Positions 26,790 to 39,085 are shown, numbered from the stretch's first letter. The stretch is 54,588 nucleotides of DNA from Lama guanicoe (GCA_013239625.1 MU053691.1:8588-63175), one strand, 5' to 3'. A program made the numbers and translations. Notes: a model not told the origin generated them from the letters alone.

Positions 26790-28095
26790 GATGTATATCT
26801 TTCATGAATATAAATACAAATCTTCAATAAAATATTAGCAAACTAAATCCAAAACTATATTAAGACAATATTAAACCAGGGTTTATCTAAGAAATTCACA
26901 CAGTTCAATTTTGAAAACTGATAAACATAATGCACAATTTTAGCAGACGAAAGAAAAGCCACATCATAACACCAATTGATGCAGAACAAGGATATGATAG
27001 AACTCGACATCTATTCATGATGAACATTTCTTAGTAATCTTCCTCAACCTGAAAAAAGAGTATTTTAAATACTTTCACTTGACATATTTAATGGTGAAAG
27101 GCTGAGTATATTTTCATTGTGTTCAACAAATCAAGGATGTCTTCTCTCACCAATCCTATTCAATATCATACTATAAGCAGCCACCAGTATTAATAACATT
27201 ACAAAGATAAATGAAAGGCACACAGATTGTAAAGGGAGAAATGAAACTATGCCTATAAGCAGATGAGATGAGTGTATTCATACAAAACCCAAGGAACCTA
27301 CACTACTGAAAGCTTCCTAGAACTGATAAGTTCAACAAGCCACAGTATACAAGTTCAACACACAAAAATCAAACATATTTCTACATACTAGCAATATGTA
27401 TTTGGAAGCAGATTTTTTTAAAATGCCATTTACATTATTTTAAGTTATCAAATACCCAGGAATAAATACAACATAATATGTGCAGGGTTTGTTTGTTGAA
27501 AATCACAAATTGATGATGAAAGAAAAGAAGACCTAAATAAATACTGTGTCCATGGATTGGAAGAATCAATACTGTAAAGGTGTCAATTCTTAAAATTTAA
27601 TTCAATTTGAATAAAAACCTCAGCAAGATTTATACTAGATATAGACTGATTCTACAATGCAAAACATTATAATGCAAAGGATTAGAACAGTTTAAACAAT
27701 TTTGAAAAAGAAAAATAAAATTGGACATACTACTTGATTATAAGAATTACTAAAAAGCGAGAGTAATAAAGACATCATGGTATTGGTAAACATATAGACA
27801 TACATCAATGGAACAGAATAGTGAGTCCAGAGATGGACTCATTCAAATATGGTCTATTGATTTTGTGAAAAGCTGCAAAGACAGTTCAATGGAGAAATGA
27901 TAAACTTTCAACAAATGGAACTGAGGCAACTGGGTACCTATATGAAAAAGGAAAATAACCTTAAACCTAATTCAAGTCAGTCAAAATGGATTGTCATTCT
28001 AAATGTAAATGCAAAGCTATAAATCTTTTAGAGGAAAACCAAGGAGAAATTCTTAAATTCTTAGGGTTAGGCAGAGATCTTAGATATACAATATT
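26790..28095 (+). mobile_element. Old L1M ORF2 fragment
   Basis: Decayed ORF2 motifs: AATAAAATATTAGCAAACTAAATCCA, CTCTCACCAATCCTATTCAATAT, CATGGATTGGAAGAATCAATACTG, TTCAACAAATGG. Confidence 0.85.
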
Positions 28096-29029
28096 TATCT
28101 ATTGACTCCAATTCCTCCTTGATTGAGGGTTGCTCCCTGGACATGGGGCATGGTGGGGTGGTGGTGTGTTAAATCATTCACAGACTTTTCCACTGGGATG
28201 AGCAATTTCCTAGAATACCAGAGAAAGAGTTTGGGTAGAGAAGGAAAGAGATACACATGCTTGAGGTGGGAAACATGAATGGGAAAGATCTGCCACAGCT
28301 GAGTGCAAACCCAGAATTGGGATGAGAATCTCCTACAGGAAAGAGGTAAAGGCAAAGTGGTAAGGGATGCAGTCGATCAGGTGGGCCTGTCATTGTCCAC
28401 CAGTATTGCCTCTGTGACTCTAGTGGCTCTCAAGGCCAGAGTCATGGAGACTATGATCTACTGAGGATGACTCTATATAAAAATACTGTCAGAACCTTTA
28501 GAATGCTCTTGCATCTGGGAGGTGAGGAGCGATTTCTGAGATTACTCACTGGAGGGAAGACATCACATGCATGTTGTCCTCTCTCTGTTTTATTGTTGTC
28601 TACACTAAGAGTAGAGTAGACTTTGGAACAGTACCCAGTGACAGTTAAAGCAGGCATAGCCTTTGATTGAGCAATTGCACTTGGGAGATGCTTCCTACAG
28701 AACGTAAGGCCCAGTACATAGGAATCTATGTGCAGAGATTTGTGTCCCAGGCACAGCGTCCACACTAGTAAATTGTTGATCATGATGCATGTTTCTTGAG
28801 GCCATTGTGGGGATGAAAGCTAATATATTAGAAATTCATTTTGCCAATTAGTTATCTATATTAAGACACATGGCAATGTGGAAACACTAAGATTTCCAAA
28901 AGAGGACTTCAGATTGACTACTCTGATTCCTCACACGTCATCCTCTGCACTTGGTGTGTGTCACAGCACAGCAGTCAGCAGGAGGAGCAAGGGAAACAGC
29001 AGAGACAGATGTGACAGTCAAGGGGAGGG

Positions 29030-30124
29030 GCCTGTGCTTCCTCAGCCCAGAATGGAGTCACCCTGGAGGGCTACCTCCTGGAACTCTGGCTCAGTAATTT
29101 ACTGATTTTTCTCCTGAGTATTAATTAACCCCAGAAAGTGAGGGGTAAGAGCAAAAAAAGAAAAAAAATTCTCTGTATCTTGGAGATGGAGACTGAGCCC
29201 TGGCTGTGTCCTCAGGGATCCTGGGCTTTGGCCATTACCTGCCTGTCTCTAGGGGCTTTTTATCTCATGGAAGCAGGTCTCTCAGTGAGTGCTTCTAGGG
29301 AGCTAGGAGACTCAGGAACAAGTTTTCAGGAACCAATTCTAGCCATAGATTATTCTAGGATCCTTTTTAAACATCCCATAGTAGGTCAGAGACAGGTGGG
29401 TTCCAAGGGAATTATGTTAACTAAGAGAAAAATCTACAGGCTGAATGAGGGCATGCCAGGGGAAGTGGAGGCCCCAGAGGACTGTCCGCTCGGGGAACTA
29501 TATGCCTTTGTGCTAATGATGCCCCAGGTTAGTGAGCAGGCTTTTGCAAGAGCCTGGTTTGCAGACTTAAAGTACAAGCCTGTGCTTCCTCAGCCCAGAA
29601 TGGAGTCACCCTGGAGGGCTACCTCCTGGAACTCTGGCTCAGTAATTTACTGATTTTTCTCCTGAGTATTAATTAACCCCAGAAAGTGAGGGGTAAGAGC
29701 AAAAAAAGAAAAAAAATTCTCTGTATCTTGGAGATGGAGACTGAGCCCTGGCTGTGTCCTCAGGGATCCTGGGCTTTGGCCATTACCTGCCTGTCTCTAG
29801 GGGCTTTTTATCTCATGGAAGCAGGTCTCTCAGTGAGTGCTTCTAGGGAGCTAGGAGACTCAGGAACAAGTTTTCAGGAACCAATTCTAGCCATAGATTA
29901 TTCTAGGATCCTTTTTAAACATCCCATAGTAGGTCAGAGACAGGTGGGTTCCAAGGGAATTATGTTAACTAAGAGAAAAATCTACAGGCTGAATGAGGGC
30001 ATGCCAGGGGAAGTGGAGGCCCCAGAGGACTGTCCGCTCGGGGAACTATATGCCTTTGTGCTAATGATGCCCCAGGTTAGTGAGCAGGCTTTTGCAAGAG
30101 CCTGGTTTGCAGACTTAAAGTACA
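29030..30124. repeat. Exact direct tandem duplication, 547-bp unit (29030-29576 and 29578-30124), period 548
   Basis: Both copies run GCCTGTGCTTCCTCAGCCCAGAATGG...GCAGACTTAAAGTACA. No difference seen by eye. ORFs at 29138 and 29686 translate identically up to the junction. A single A at 29577 separates the copies. Confidence 0.95.
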
Positions 30125-30167
30125 CGCTGTTGATTATTTGGAGATGTGTAGAGCTTATCAGGCCTTA

Positions 30168-30279
30168 CTCCACAACTCTCATGTAACATTTATGCATCTT
30201 ATTCCATCTCCCATCACTCTCCACCACTCTCATGTAACATTTATGCATCTTATTCCATCTCCCATCTCTCTCCACCACT
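30168..30279. repeat. 51-bp minisatellite, about 2.2 copies
   Basis: CTCTCATGTAACATTTATGCATCTTATTCCATCTCCCATC recurs with ATGTAACATT at 30181 and 30232. Confidence 0.9.
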
Positions 30280-31589
30280 TCTCTGGCTATGAGGATGACA
30301 TGGCCCTTTGAAAAACCTAAAGCTAGAGAAAATGCAATGAAGTTAGTGACATGAGGTGAGATAAACTGAACTGTGCTGGAGTTAATTTTATGAGAGCCTG
30401 TGTCTGTACAGAGAGGCAGAGAGACGCAGTGGATGTGGAGTAGGACAACAGAGGACACTTCTCTATCACTTTTTGTCTTTGTGTCACTGTGTTCAGTGGC
30501 TTTGCCTCTGAAGTCTGTCTCATGTGAAGAAGCTTGAAACCACAGAGGAGGCTAGCACATCTTTATTCCCTTTACCTTTGAGATAAAGGCTATGATTTTG
30601 AAAGCTGGCATACTGGGATTTATCATCTGGATAACGTTTTCAAATAACATTATTATAATTGAACATAATAGAAAAAATAGTTTTGAAATAAACTAACATG
30701 TAGTAAATATAGCTTTACAAAAAGTGTTGTTATTTGAAGTATTTAGAAAAATACTCAGCTCACAATATATCATAAAATAAATTCTTGTTGAATTAGAGTC
30801 AAATATGACAATGAGATCCTAGAAAAGTGTGATGACTAATTCATCTCTTAATGACAAATAATTTAAACACAAAAGTGAAGAATAAGAAGGAAGTGAAGGA
30901 AAAGGAGAAATAGTGAGATGATAGATTTAACTACATAAAATGTTAAACTTCTGTATATTGAAAATTCTTGGGAGCATAGGAGAGAAAGAATTAATATTAT
31001 TAATATGTAAAAAAGTTCATCCAAGTCAACAAGTGAAATATAAACACTAAAAAAATGGTCAAAGGATAGGAATAGATAATGACAAAAGAAGAATTTTAAG
31101 CAATAATACACACATGATAAATCCAATTCATTCTAAATTATCTAGAAGAGAAAGACCCAGATGTTGCCTATACCATGGCAAAGTCCCAGATGTGCACTAG
31201 TATCCAGTACTGATGAGGGTGCAGAAAAATGGGCTTTATAATGCACTGCTTTGTAGTTGGGGGCACAAGTGACCCTATGGAGGGGACCTGCCACTGGAGA
31301 AACAGAGAAGAACTGTGGGGCAGATTACTTCTAAGAGGAAGGGAAAAGAAAGGAATTGGGACATACCTGCTCAGCTTTTCCTTCAAAACTCACCAATAAC
31401 ATAAGTTCATCCCCAACCTTCATCTCTATGGGAGAAGAGTGAATGAAGTTGAAAGAAAGAAATGTGTTACAACTACAGGAGACTGCATAGAAAGAAGCAT
31501 CAGGAATTGGGAAGAAATCCCTCATTTCAACAAGCATATTCTTTTTTCTTTCAATTGTATAACTGCCTGTATTAACTATCTACGGTTGA

Positions 31590-32730
31590 GAAACTTCTAT
31601 TTTGAAATAGGGAAGATCAAGAGAATGAGAAAACAAGCCACAGATTGGGAGAAAATATTTGTAAAAGACATATCTGATAAAGGACTGTTATCCAAAATAT
31701 ACAAAGAACACTTAAAATCCTAAAATACAGAAACAAATAACACAATTTTTAAAATGGGCCAAAGACCTAAAGAGATAACTCACTAAAGGAAGTGAACAGA
31801 TGACAAATAACATATGAAAATATGCTCCACATCATAAGTCATTATGGAAATGCAAATTAAAACATCAATTAGAGACACTACACATCTATTAAAATGGCCA
31901 AAATCTGTAACACTGACAATATTAAATATTAACCAAGATGATGTAGAGTAACATGAAATCTCATCCATTGCTGGTGGGAGTTTAAACTGCTGTAGCCACT
32001 TTGGAAGACAGTCTGACAGTTTCTTATAAAACTAAACACTCTTATTCAATCCAGAAATGGTATTTACCCAAAGAATTTGAAAACTTATATCTACACAAAA
32101 ACTTACATGCAGACATTTAAAGCAGCGTTATTCATAACTCCCAAAACTTGGAAGCAACCAAGATGTCTTCTAATAGGTGAATAAATAATAAACTATGCTA
32201 TATCCAGACAGTGGAATATTATTCAACACTAAACAAATGGGGATGCCAAGCCATGCAAGGACCTTAAATGCATATTACTAAGTGAAAAAAGCCAATCTAA
32301 AAAGGCTACTTACCCCACAATTCCAACTATATGACATTTTGGAAAAGGCAAAACTATGGAGACAGTAAAAATACCAGTGGGCTCCAGGGCTCGGCAGAGG
32401 GGAGGGATGACTAGGTGGAGAACAGAGGATTTTTAGGGCATTGAAAATACTCTGTATGACATATTTCACTATACATTTGTGCAAAGCCATAGAATATACA
32501 ACACCAAGAGTATATGGTAATGTGAACTATGAACTTTGAGTGGTTTTAAGGTTTCAGTGCAGGTTCATCAACAGTAACAATTGTACCGCCCTGGTGGGGA
32601 ATACTGATAACAATATGTTATGCATCTGTGGGGGTATATGGGAAGTATCTGTACATTCTCCTCATTTTCCCTGTGTGGACCTAAAACTGTCCTAAAGACA
32701 TGAATTCATAATTTTAAAAATAAAATTAGA
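31590..32730 (+). mobile_element. L1MC-like ORF2 end and 3'UTR
   Basis: RMRKQATDWEKIFVKDISDKGLLSKIYKE reading, followed by an L1MC-type 3'UTR. Confidence 0.85.
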
Positions 32731-32849
32731 AAAATATAACAAAGCCAAGGTTAAATATTTTATGGATTAATAAAACTGTATGTTTCTAGAAACATTGATA
32801 GATTGCTAGAAACAAAGATAGATGCAAAATAGATTGCAAAGAAAGACTG

Positions 32850-33545
32850 ATATCAGAGACCGCAGCCCACGGTCAAGCACAGAAGCACCGCCACGATCTG
32901 GAAGCGGTAGTGGGGAGATTTACTCCCCTGGGCAGCAGCCCTATCAGAGCCAATGGGTAAACACCTCTCCTGACGGCTCTCACACAAGCAACTGGAAGAG
33001 ACACTCTATAAGTTCCTCTGAAGGTTCCCATGGGATCAAGTCTTAGTTGCCCTCAGTCTTTACTCCTTCCATCATTCTTGTCTGAAGTCTGATTCGGCCG
33101 GGATAACAAACAGCCATAGGCTGGGCAGCTTAAATGACAAACATTTATTTCTCACAGCTCTGGAGGCTGGAAAGACCAAAATCAAGGCACTGGAAGATTT
33201 TGTATTTGGTGAGAACCCACTTCCTGCCTCATAGATAATCATCTCTTGTGCCCTCACATGGTGGAAAGGACCAGAGAGATAACATGGGTCTCTTTAAAGA
33301 GGGCCCTGGTCCCACTCATGAGAGTTCTGCCCTATGACATAATCATCTCCCAGGGGACCTAACTGCAAATAGTATCACATTGGATATTTGGCTTTAGAGT
33401 ATGAATTTTGGGGGGACACAAAGATTCATTCCATAGCAGATCTCCCAGAGGCCTCCTTTCCACTATCTGGGATTTTTTCCAGCAAATTACCTGTATACAT
33501 GTTCTTACTCAATCTCTGCTTTTGACAATACCCCAAGTGAAATTA
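32850..33545 (+). mobile_element. ERVL LTR16-like relic split by an MLT1 LTR
   Basis: CAGAGCCAATGGG...GGTTCCCATGGGATCAAGTCTTAGTTGCCC before the MLT1, and TCTGGGATTTTTTCCAGCAAATTACCTGT...CTCTGCTTTTG after it. Confidence 0.5.
33079..33438 (-). mobile_element. MaLR solo LTR (MLT1A-like)
   Basis: ACATTTATTTCTCACAGCTCTGGAGGCTGGAAAG...ATCACATTGG...ATGAATTTTGGGGGACACA...CATAGCA. Confidence 0.85.
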
Positions 33546-33609
33546 AGTTTAATCTTCCTTTTTAATTCCAGGAGAGAATTTCCTTTCCACTACTCTGCAG
33601 TATTTGCTA

Positions 33610-34265
33610 ACAACATAAATGACTTGAAAGAAGATTCTTTCCCAGACCCTCCATATAATAGCCCGGACTGGATGACAACCTGAATTTGGTCTTGTGAGAC
33701 CCTAAGCAGTAAACCTTGTTGAGCCCATGCTGACTTCTGGTCAATAGAATTGTATTGTTTTAAGCCACTGAATTTGTGGTACCTGCTTTTCTCAATGATT
33801 TTGAGTCAACAAACAGGTTGAGAGATACAAGTTGTTCTTAATATCCTGCCAAAGTTCATGTCCTCAGAACCTCAGAATGTGACCTTATTTGGAAGTAGGA
33901 TAATTGCAGGTTTAGTTAAGATGAAGTCATACTGAAGCAAAGCAGACTTTTAATCCATTATGGCCGGTGTTCTTATGAAAAGAAAGGAGACACAGACACA
34001 CAGGGAGAAGCCCATGTCAAGATGGGTGCAAAGTTTGGAGTGATATATCTACAAGCCTAAAAGACCAAGGACTGTCAGCTACAACAGAACCTAAGAGAAA
34101 GGATGCAAAAAAACTCTCCCCCAGAGCCCTCAGAGCAAGAACATGGCCATGTGCACATCCTAATTTCAGATTTCTAGCCTCCAGAAATGTGAAAAAATAA
34201 ATTTCTGTTGTTGAAAGTCACCTAGTTTATGGTACTTTACTACAGTAACCCTAAGAAACTACTAG
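33610..34265 (+). mobile_element. Two MaLR LTR pieces (MLT1-type ~33610-33790; MLT1C-like ~33830-34265)
   Basis: TGTTTTAAGCCACTGAATTTGTGGT; AGAACCTCAGAATGTGACCTTATTTGGAA...TTCTAGCCTCCAGAAATGTGAAAAAATAAATTTCTGTTG. Confidence 0.8.
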
Positions 34266-34299
34266 AGAACCTGTGTTTTCCTGCCTTTTTAAGGTGAAC

Positions 34300-36311
34300 T
34301 TTGTTTTATTTTTTAATTAAAATATAGTTGATTTGCAATATTATATTAAAGTGTACAGCATAGTGATTCAATATTTTACATATTATATCCATTAAGAATT
34401 ATTACAAAATAATGGATATATTTCCATGTGGTGATCAATATAACCGTGTTATTTATGTATTTTATACATAGTAATCAATATCTCTTTATCTCATATTCCA
34501 ACCTTGCCTCACCCGCCTTCCTTCACCCCACTGGTGACCACTAGTGTATTCTCCATGTATCTGAGTCCATTTCTGTTTTGTTATATGTATTCATTTGGTA
34601 TTTAGATTCCACACATAAATGATAACATAGGGAATTCATGTTTCTCTGTCTGACTTATCTCACTAAGCGCAACACTCCCTAGGTCCGTCCATGTTGCTGC
34701 AAATGGCAGAACCGCATTGCTGTTACAGCTTCTCCACACAGTCATGAGTAGAGGGGTGTTTGGAGAGCTTCTGTATCTTGGCTCCCTTAAGTAATGCTGC
34801 TGTAAACATGGAGGTGCATGTATCTTCTGCAATTAGCTGTTTTGTTTTCATTGGATATATACCCAGGAGAGGAATTGCTGGACCGTGTATTAGTTCTACT
34901 TTCAGTTTTCTGAGGAACCTCTATGCTGTTTTCCACAGTTGCTGCACCAATTTACATTCCTTCTAAGAGTGTACACGTTTCCTTTTCTTCACATCTTCAC
35001 CAGCATTAATTTATTGTTTTTGATGATAGCCATTCTGACAGATGATTGATGCTCTATGATGCTGAGAATCTTTTCATGTGCCTGTTGGCCATCTGCATTT
35101 CTTCTTTGGAAAAAGTATATTCAAATCTTTTGCTCATTCTTTTAAGTGGGTTTTTTTTATATTTGGTTTTATGAGCTGTTTATATATGTTAGAAATTAAC
35201 CCCTTATCAGGCAAATTGTTTGCAAATATTTTCTCTCATTCAATAGGTTGTGTTTTTTTTTTGTTAACATTTTTCTTTACTGTGCAAAAACTTTCAAATT
35301 TGATTAGATCCCATTGGTTTATTTTGCTTTTATTTATTTTGCCTTAGGAGACAGATCCAAAAAATTATTGCTCTAAATTTATTTCAGAGTATGTATATGT
35401 TCTGTATATGTTGTCTTTTAGGAATTTTATTATTTGAGTTCTTACATTTAGGTCTTTAATCCATTTTGAGTTTATTTTTTTGTACATGGTGTGGGGGTAG
35501 TGGCCTAATCTCATTCCTTTATATGCCCCTTTCCAGTTTTCCCAGCACTACTTATTGAAGAAACTATCTTTTCTTCGTTGTACATTCTTGCTTCCTTTGT
35601 TGTTGATTAATTGATCATCACTGCCTGGATTTATTTCTGTTTCATTGATTTGTGTCTGTTTTTGTGCCAGTACCATGTTCTTTTGATTACTGTAGCTTTG
35701 TATTGTAGTCTGAAGACAGGGAGAATGATAGCCCCAGCTTTGCACTTTCTGTTTTTCAAAAGTGCTTTGGCAATTTGTGACCTTTTATGGTTCTGTATAC
35801 ATTTTAGAATTATTTGTTCTAGTTATGTGAAAAATATCATGGGTGTTTTAACAGAGATTACATTCAATCTGTAGATTGCTTTGGGTAGAATGGATATTTT
35901 AACAAAAATTCTTCCATTCCAAGAGCATAGGATGTCTTTCCATTTCTCTGTTACCATTTTCAAATTCCTTCATCAATATTTTAAAGTTCTGAGAGCATAG
36001 GTCTTTCACTTTTCTACTTTATTCTTATGTATTTTATTATTTTTGATGCAAATGTAATCGGACATTTTCTTAATTTCTCTTCCTGAGAGCTCATTATTAG
36101 TGAAAAGCAACAGATTTCTGTATATTAATCTTGTATCCTGAAAACTTTACTGAATTTGTTTATTAGTTCTAATATTTTGATAGATACTTTAGGGTTTTCT
36201 CTATATATTGTGATGTCATTTGAAAATAAGGACAGTTTTACTTCATCCCTTTCAATTTCTATGTCTTTTCCTTTTCTTGTCTGATTGCTGTGGCTAGGAA
36301 TTCCAGTAGTA
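34300..36311 (-). mobile_element. LINE-1, 5'-truncated, minus strand; its 5' end abuts the broken PRSS47 exon
   Basis: T-rich tail at ~34300-34314 followed by antisense 3'UTR and ORF2 (minus reading RDEVKLSLFSNDITIYRENPK, LPFAATWTDLGSVALSEISQTEK). Confidence 0.92.
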
Positions 36312-36507
36312 CGTATGATGCAGGAGGTGAAGTTCACAGGACTAGAGCAGCTGCAACATGCCTATGTCATTCCCAAAGGGATGACACTTATCAGAGTCTG
36401 GGTATATGATAATATGGCTCACAGATATCTTCTGGGTGTGCCTGGTGTGCTGGTACAGCTGGGGGTTTCCTAACAAAACCTGGTAATTCTCCAGGATGTG
36501 AGATTTT
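36312..36507 (-). pseudogene. PRSS47: PRSS47-like exon 4 (catalytic Asp, NDIGML), frameshifted and truncated by L1
   Basis: Acceptor ctcctccag|A AAA TCT. Stop plus 1-nt frameshift at 36344-36341. The sequence switches to L1 ORF2 (TACTGGAATTCCTAGCCACAGCAATCAGACAAG) at about 36311. Confidence 0.9.
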
Positions 36508-37230
36508 CTGGAGGAGGAAAGACGCATTGTCACCATCATGTCTGAGTGTGAGCTAGTTCTCTTTCCCTGAGTCCTCTTCTAACTGCCCACATGCCTCTGG
36601 ACCCCTCTAACCCACATGCCAGGCAGCTTTTGCCTCCCCATTTTTAATGGTCAGGAGCCCTTCTTTCTTGAGGCTACTTGATACTCTGCTTACAACCTCA
36701 GCATATGGCTTCTTCATCACACCCTAGAATTGGAGGAGCATATAATCTTAGGGCTGGATGGCGGGGAAGGGGGGTCGTCAAATGAAGGCCCTGTGCTTGT
36801 ACACAGGAGGAGTTCTGGTTCAGTCTCAGCTCTGACTTCACACTTCCCAGGGCTCCCCACATTCCACCTTCTGGGCCCGCACTTTTCCCGACCCGTCCTT
36901 TCTTTAAACATCTTCCTGCCCAAGGGCTGCTTGTCCACTAGTTATAAGCACTCACAAAAGATTTGTTAAATGAGCAAATGAAGACAGGAAAAGGAACCTT
37001 GCCTTGTTCCCTGAACACAGGTGGTGAAACTTCCCACCTCCCTGAGCTTGCATGCGTGGCTCCTCCACCCGGACACCCTCCCCCGTGCCCAACTCCAGCA
37101 AACACGCAGGGCCTGACCTCCCCCCCACCGTGTGGTCTGTCCTTCTCACCCATGTTGGGCTTTCTCTTCTGACAGGGTAGAGACAGGGTGAGGTGGGGTC
37201 TTGCTGCCCTCAATGCCACAGAACAGAGAG

Positions 37231-37819
37231 NNNNNNNNNNNNNNNNNNNNNNNNNNNNNNNNNNNNNNNNNNNNNNNNNNNNNNNNNNNNNNNNNNNNNN
37301 NNNNNNNNNNNNNNNNNNNNNNNNNNNNNNNNNNNNNNNNNNNNNNNNNNNNNNNNNNNNNNNNNNNNNNNNNNNNNNNNNNNNNNNNNNNNNNNNNNNN
37401 NNNNNNNNNNNNNNNNNNNNNNNNNNNNNNNNNNNNNNNNNNNNNNNNNNNNNNNNNNNNNNNNNNNNNNNNNNNNNNNNNNNNNNNNNNNNNNNNNNNN
37501 NNNNNNNNNNNNNNNNNNNNNNNNNNNNNNNNNNNNNNNNNNNNNNNNNNNNNNNNNNNNNNNNNNNNNNNNNNNNNNNNNNNNNNNNNNNNNNNNNNNN
37601 NNNNNNNNNNNNNNNNNNNNNNNNNNNNNNNNNNNNNNNNNNNNNNNNNNNNNNNNNNNNNNNNNNNNNNNNNNNNNNNNNNNNNNNNNNNNNNNNNNNN
37701 NNNNNNNNNNNNNNNNNNNNNNNNNNNNNNNNNNNNNNNNNNNNNNNNNNNNNNNNNNNNNNNNNNNNNNNNNNNNNNNNNNNNNNNNNNNNNNNNNNNN
37801 NNNNNNNNNNNNNNNNNNN
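37231..37819. other. Assembly gap (589 N) hiding the rest of PRSS47-like exon 3
   Basis: Run of N. Confidence 1.
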
Positions 37820-37894
37820 CTTGCCACGGCCTCAGGCCTGCCGCCACATCCCGGCCGCCGTACATCCTCCCTGTCACCTTGGGCTTCCCGTACA
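37820..37894 (-). pseudogene. PRSS47: PRSS47-like exon 3, visible part (activation peptide; His-containing part lies in the N gap)
   Basis: cacag|TG TAC GGG AAG CCC AAG ... CCG TGG CAA. Propeptide Cys is replaced by Tyr and the mature N-terminal Ile by Met. Confidence 0.85.
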
Positions 37895-38731
37895 CTGTGG
37901 GGATGCCCCTGCCTCCTATGACAGAGACACTGGTAGTGCCCCAGATGCCACTACCAGGGAGGCCCTGTATACTTCATAGATGGGAAACCAAGGCCAAGCG
38001 TCCAGAGGCCTGGCCACAATGCCAGGGTGCTACTGAGAACTGGACAGCACAGCACAACCGAGCAAGCCCTTTGGGGATGAGGGCTCAGTAGCCTGGTGGG
38101 CAGGGCAGGGGGACCAAGGGCAGCCACAGCAGGTGACAGCAGCATCTCCAGGGTGACAGACATCCCTGAGGGAGCCTGCCAAGGGCTGGGCCATCACAAC
38201 CATCACGTCCCTCGCTCAACACACCTCAGGGCCTGCTCTGCAGGTCAAAGAACTACAGGCCTGGAAGCTTGCCAGTATTACTTGCTCAAGGTCATGGCTG
38301 CTAAGGGCTCATGCCCCCTCCATGTCATCCCAGTATCTCAGGGAAATAGGTTCACAGGCAGAAGTCTGTGTTTCTGTGTGACCTGAGGAAAGTCACTGCC
38401 CCTCTCTGACTCAGGACCCTCCATTTCTAAAAGTGGGAGAGGGCCAATGAAGACAGCCCTGGCTCTAGGACCCCCACTTGGGAGGGCAGGGTTGCACCCC
38501 GGCCCCCTGAGAGTGGGCCTCCTGGCCTAGGGCCTGTGCTCCCAGGTCTCCCAGGGAAGTGAGACCCCCAGGTCCGCACTAAGGGCCACTTAGTCAGCAG
38601 TCCTGGTGCTTTCCTCCAGCCAGCCTCCCAGCCTCAGGGCCAGACCCTGCTACCTGCCCCATTCCACAGCCCCACAAAGGTCCTGGGGTGGTGCCCACCC
38701 AGAGGCCCCACGGTGGGGGCCTCTGACTCAC

Positions 38732-38758
38732 CTGTGTTAAGGGGGGTCTCTGGGCTGC
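38732..38758 (-). pseudogene. PRSS47: PRSS47-like 27-nt micro-exon 2
   Basis: Strong polypyrimidine acceptor cttctctctgcccttccctccaaccag and donor ACAG|gtgagt. Phase 1/1, in frame with exons 1 and 3. A tiny second exon is typical of tryptase/testisin-type PRSS genes. Confidence 0.75.
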
Positions 38759-38958
38759 CTGGTTGGAGGGAAGGGCAGAGAGAAGATGAGATTCAGTGAC
38801 TCAGGGCACCCAGGCACTGGTCACAGCCATGCCCCCCTGAGACCCTCTTGTGTAACCCATCTGAGCCCCACCCTGAAGGCCCAATGCACCTGCGGCTCTA
38901 GAAGCGCACCGCTGCCCATCAGGAGACAGGGCACCACCCTCCACCGGCCTCCCCACAC

Positions 38959-39085
38959 CTGGAGCCCGGCTGGGGGCAGCCGAGGCCCTGGGGGAGGGCC
39001 CTCACAGCTCCAGGGCGGCCGTGGGTGGCAGCAGCAGCAGCCAGAGGAGGGCCCCAGTCTGGCCTCAGCCTTTTTCCATGCCCAT
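38959..39085 (-). pseudogene. PRSS47: PRSS47-like exon 1 (signal peptide) with two in-frame TGA
   Basis: ATG at 39085 (second ATG at 39079). Hydrophobic core ALLWLLLLPP. TGA at 39067-39065 and 39004-39002, likely CGA->TGA CpG decay. Donor CCAG|gtgtgg, phase 1. Confidence 0.7.

Larger units (their letters stand above)
36312..39085 (-). pseudogene. PRSS47: 5' half of an unprocessed trypsin-family serine protease pseudogene, PRSS47-like (4 exons seen, 3' exons absent)
   Basis: Exon 1 (39085-38959): MGMEKG*GQTGALLWLLLLPPTAALEL*GPSPRASAAPSRAP, signal-peptide-like, two TGA. Exon 2 (38758-38732, 27 nt): GSPETPLNT. Exon 3 (37894 into the gap): VYGKPKVTGRMYGGRDVAAGLRPWQ; recalled PRSS47 is VCGKPKVVGKIYGGRDAAAGQWPWQ. 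Exon 4 (from 36507): KSHILENYQVLLGNPQLYQHTRHTQKISVSHIIIYPDSDKCHPFGNDIGMLQLL*/PVNFTSCI; recalled is KSQAPKNYQVLLGNIQLYHQTQHTQKMSVHRIITHPDFEKLHPFGSDIAMLQLHLPMNFTSYI). Visible splice sites are canonical and phases are compatible. Confidence 0.88.

Noticed and set aside
29138..30186. Two near-identical 171/166-aa ORFs resembling a duplicated gene
   Set aside because: GTG-started, no recognisable domain or splice structure. The identity only reflects the 548-bp tandem duplication.
30168..30279. CRISPR-like or otherwise functional repeat array
   Set aside because: Only about two adjacent units without spacers, in mammalian DNA: an ordinary minisatellite.
37146..38091. Long ORFs of 205-296 aa
   Set aside because: Artefacts of translating through the 589-N gap. 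Only the short PRSS47-like part on the minus strand is real.
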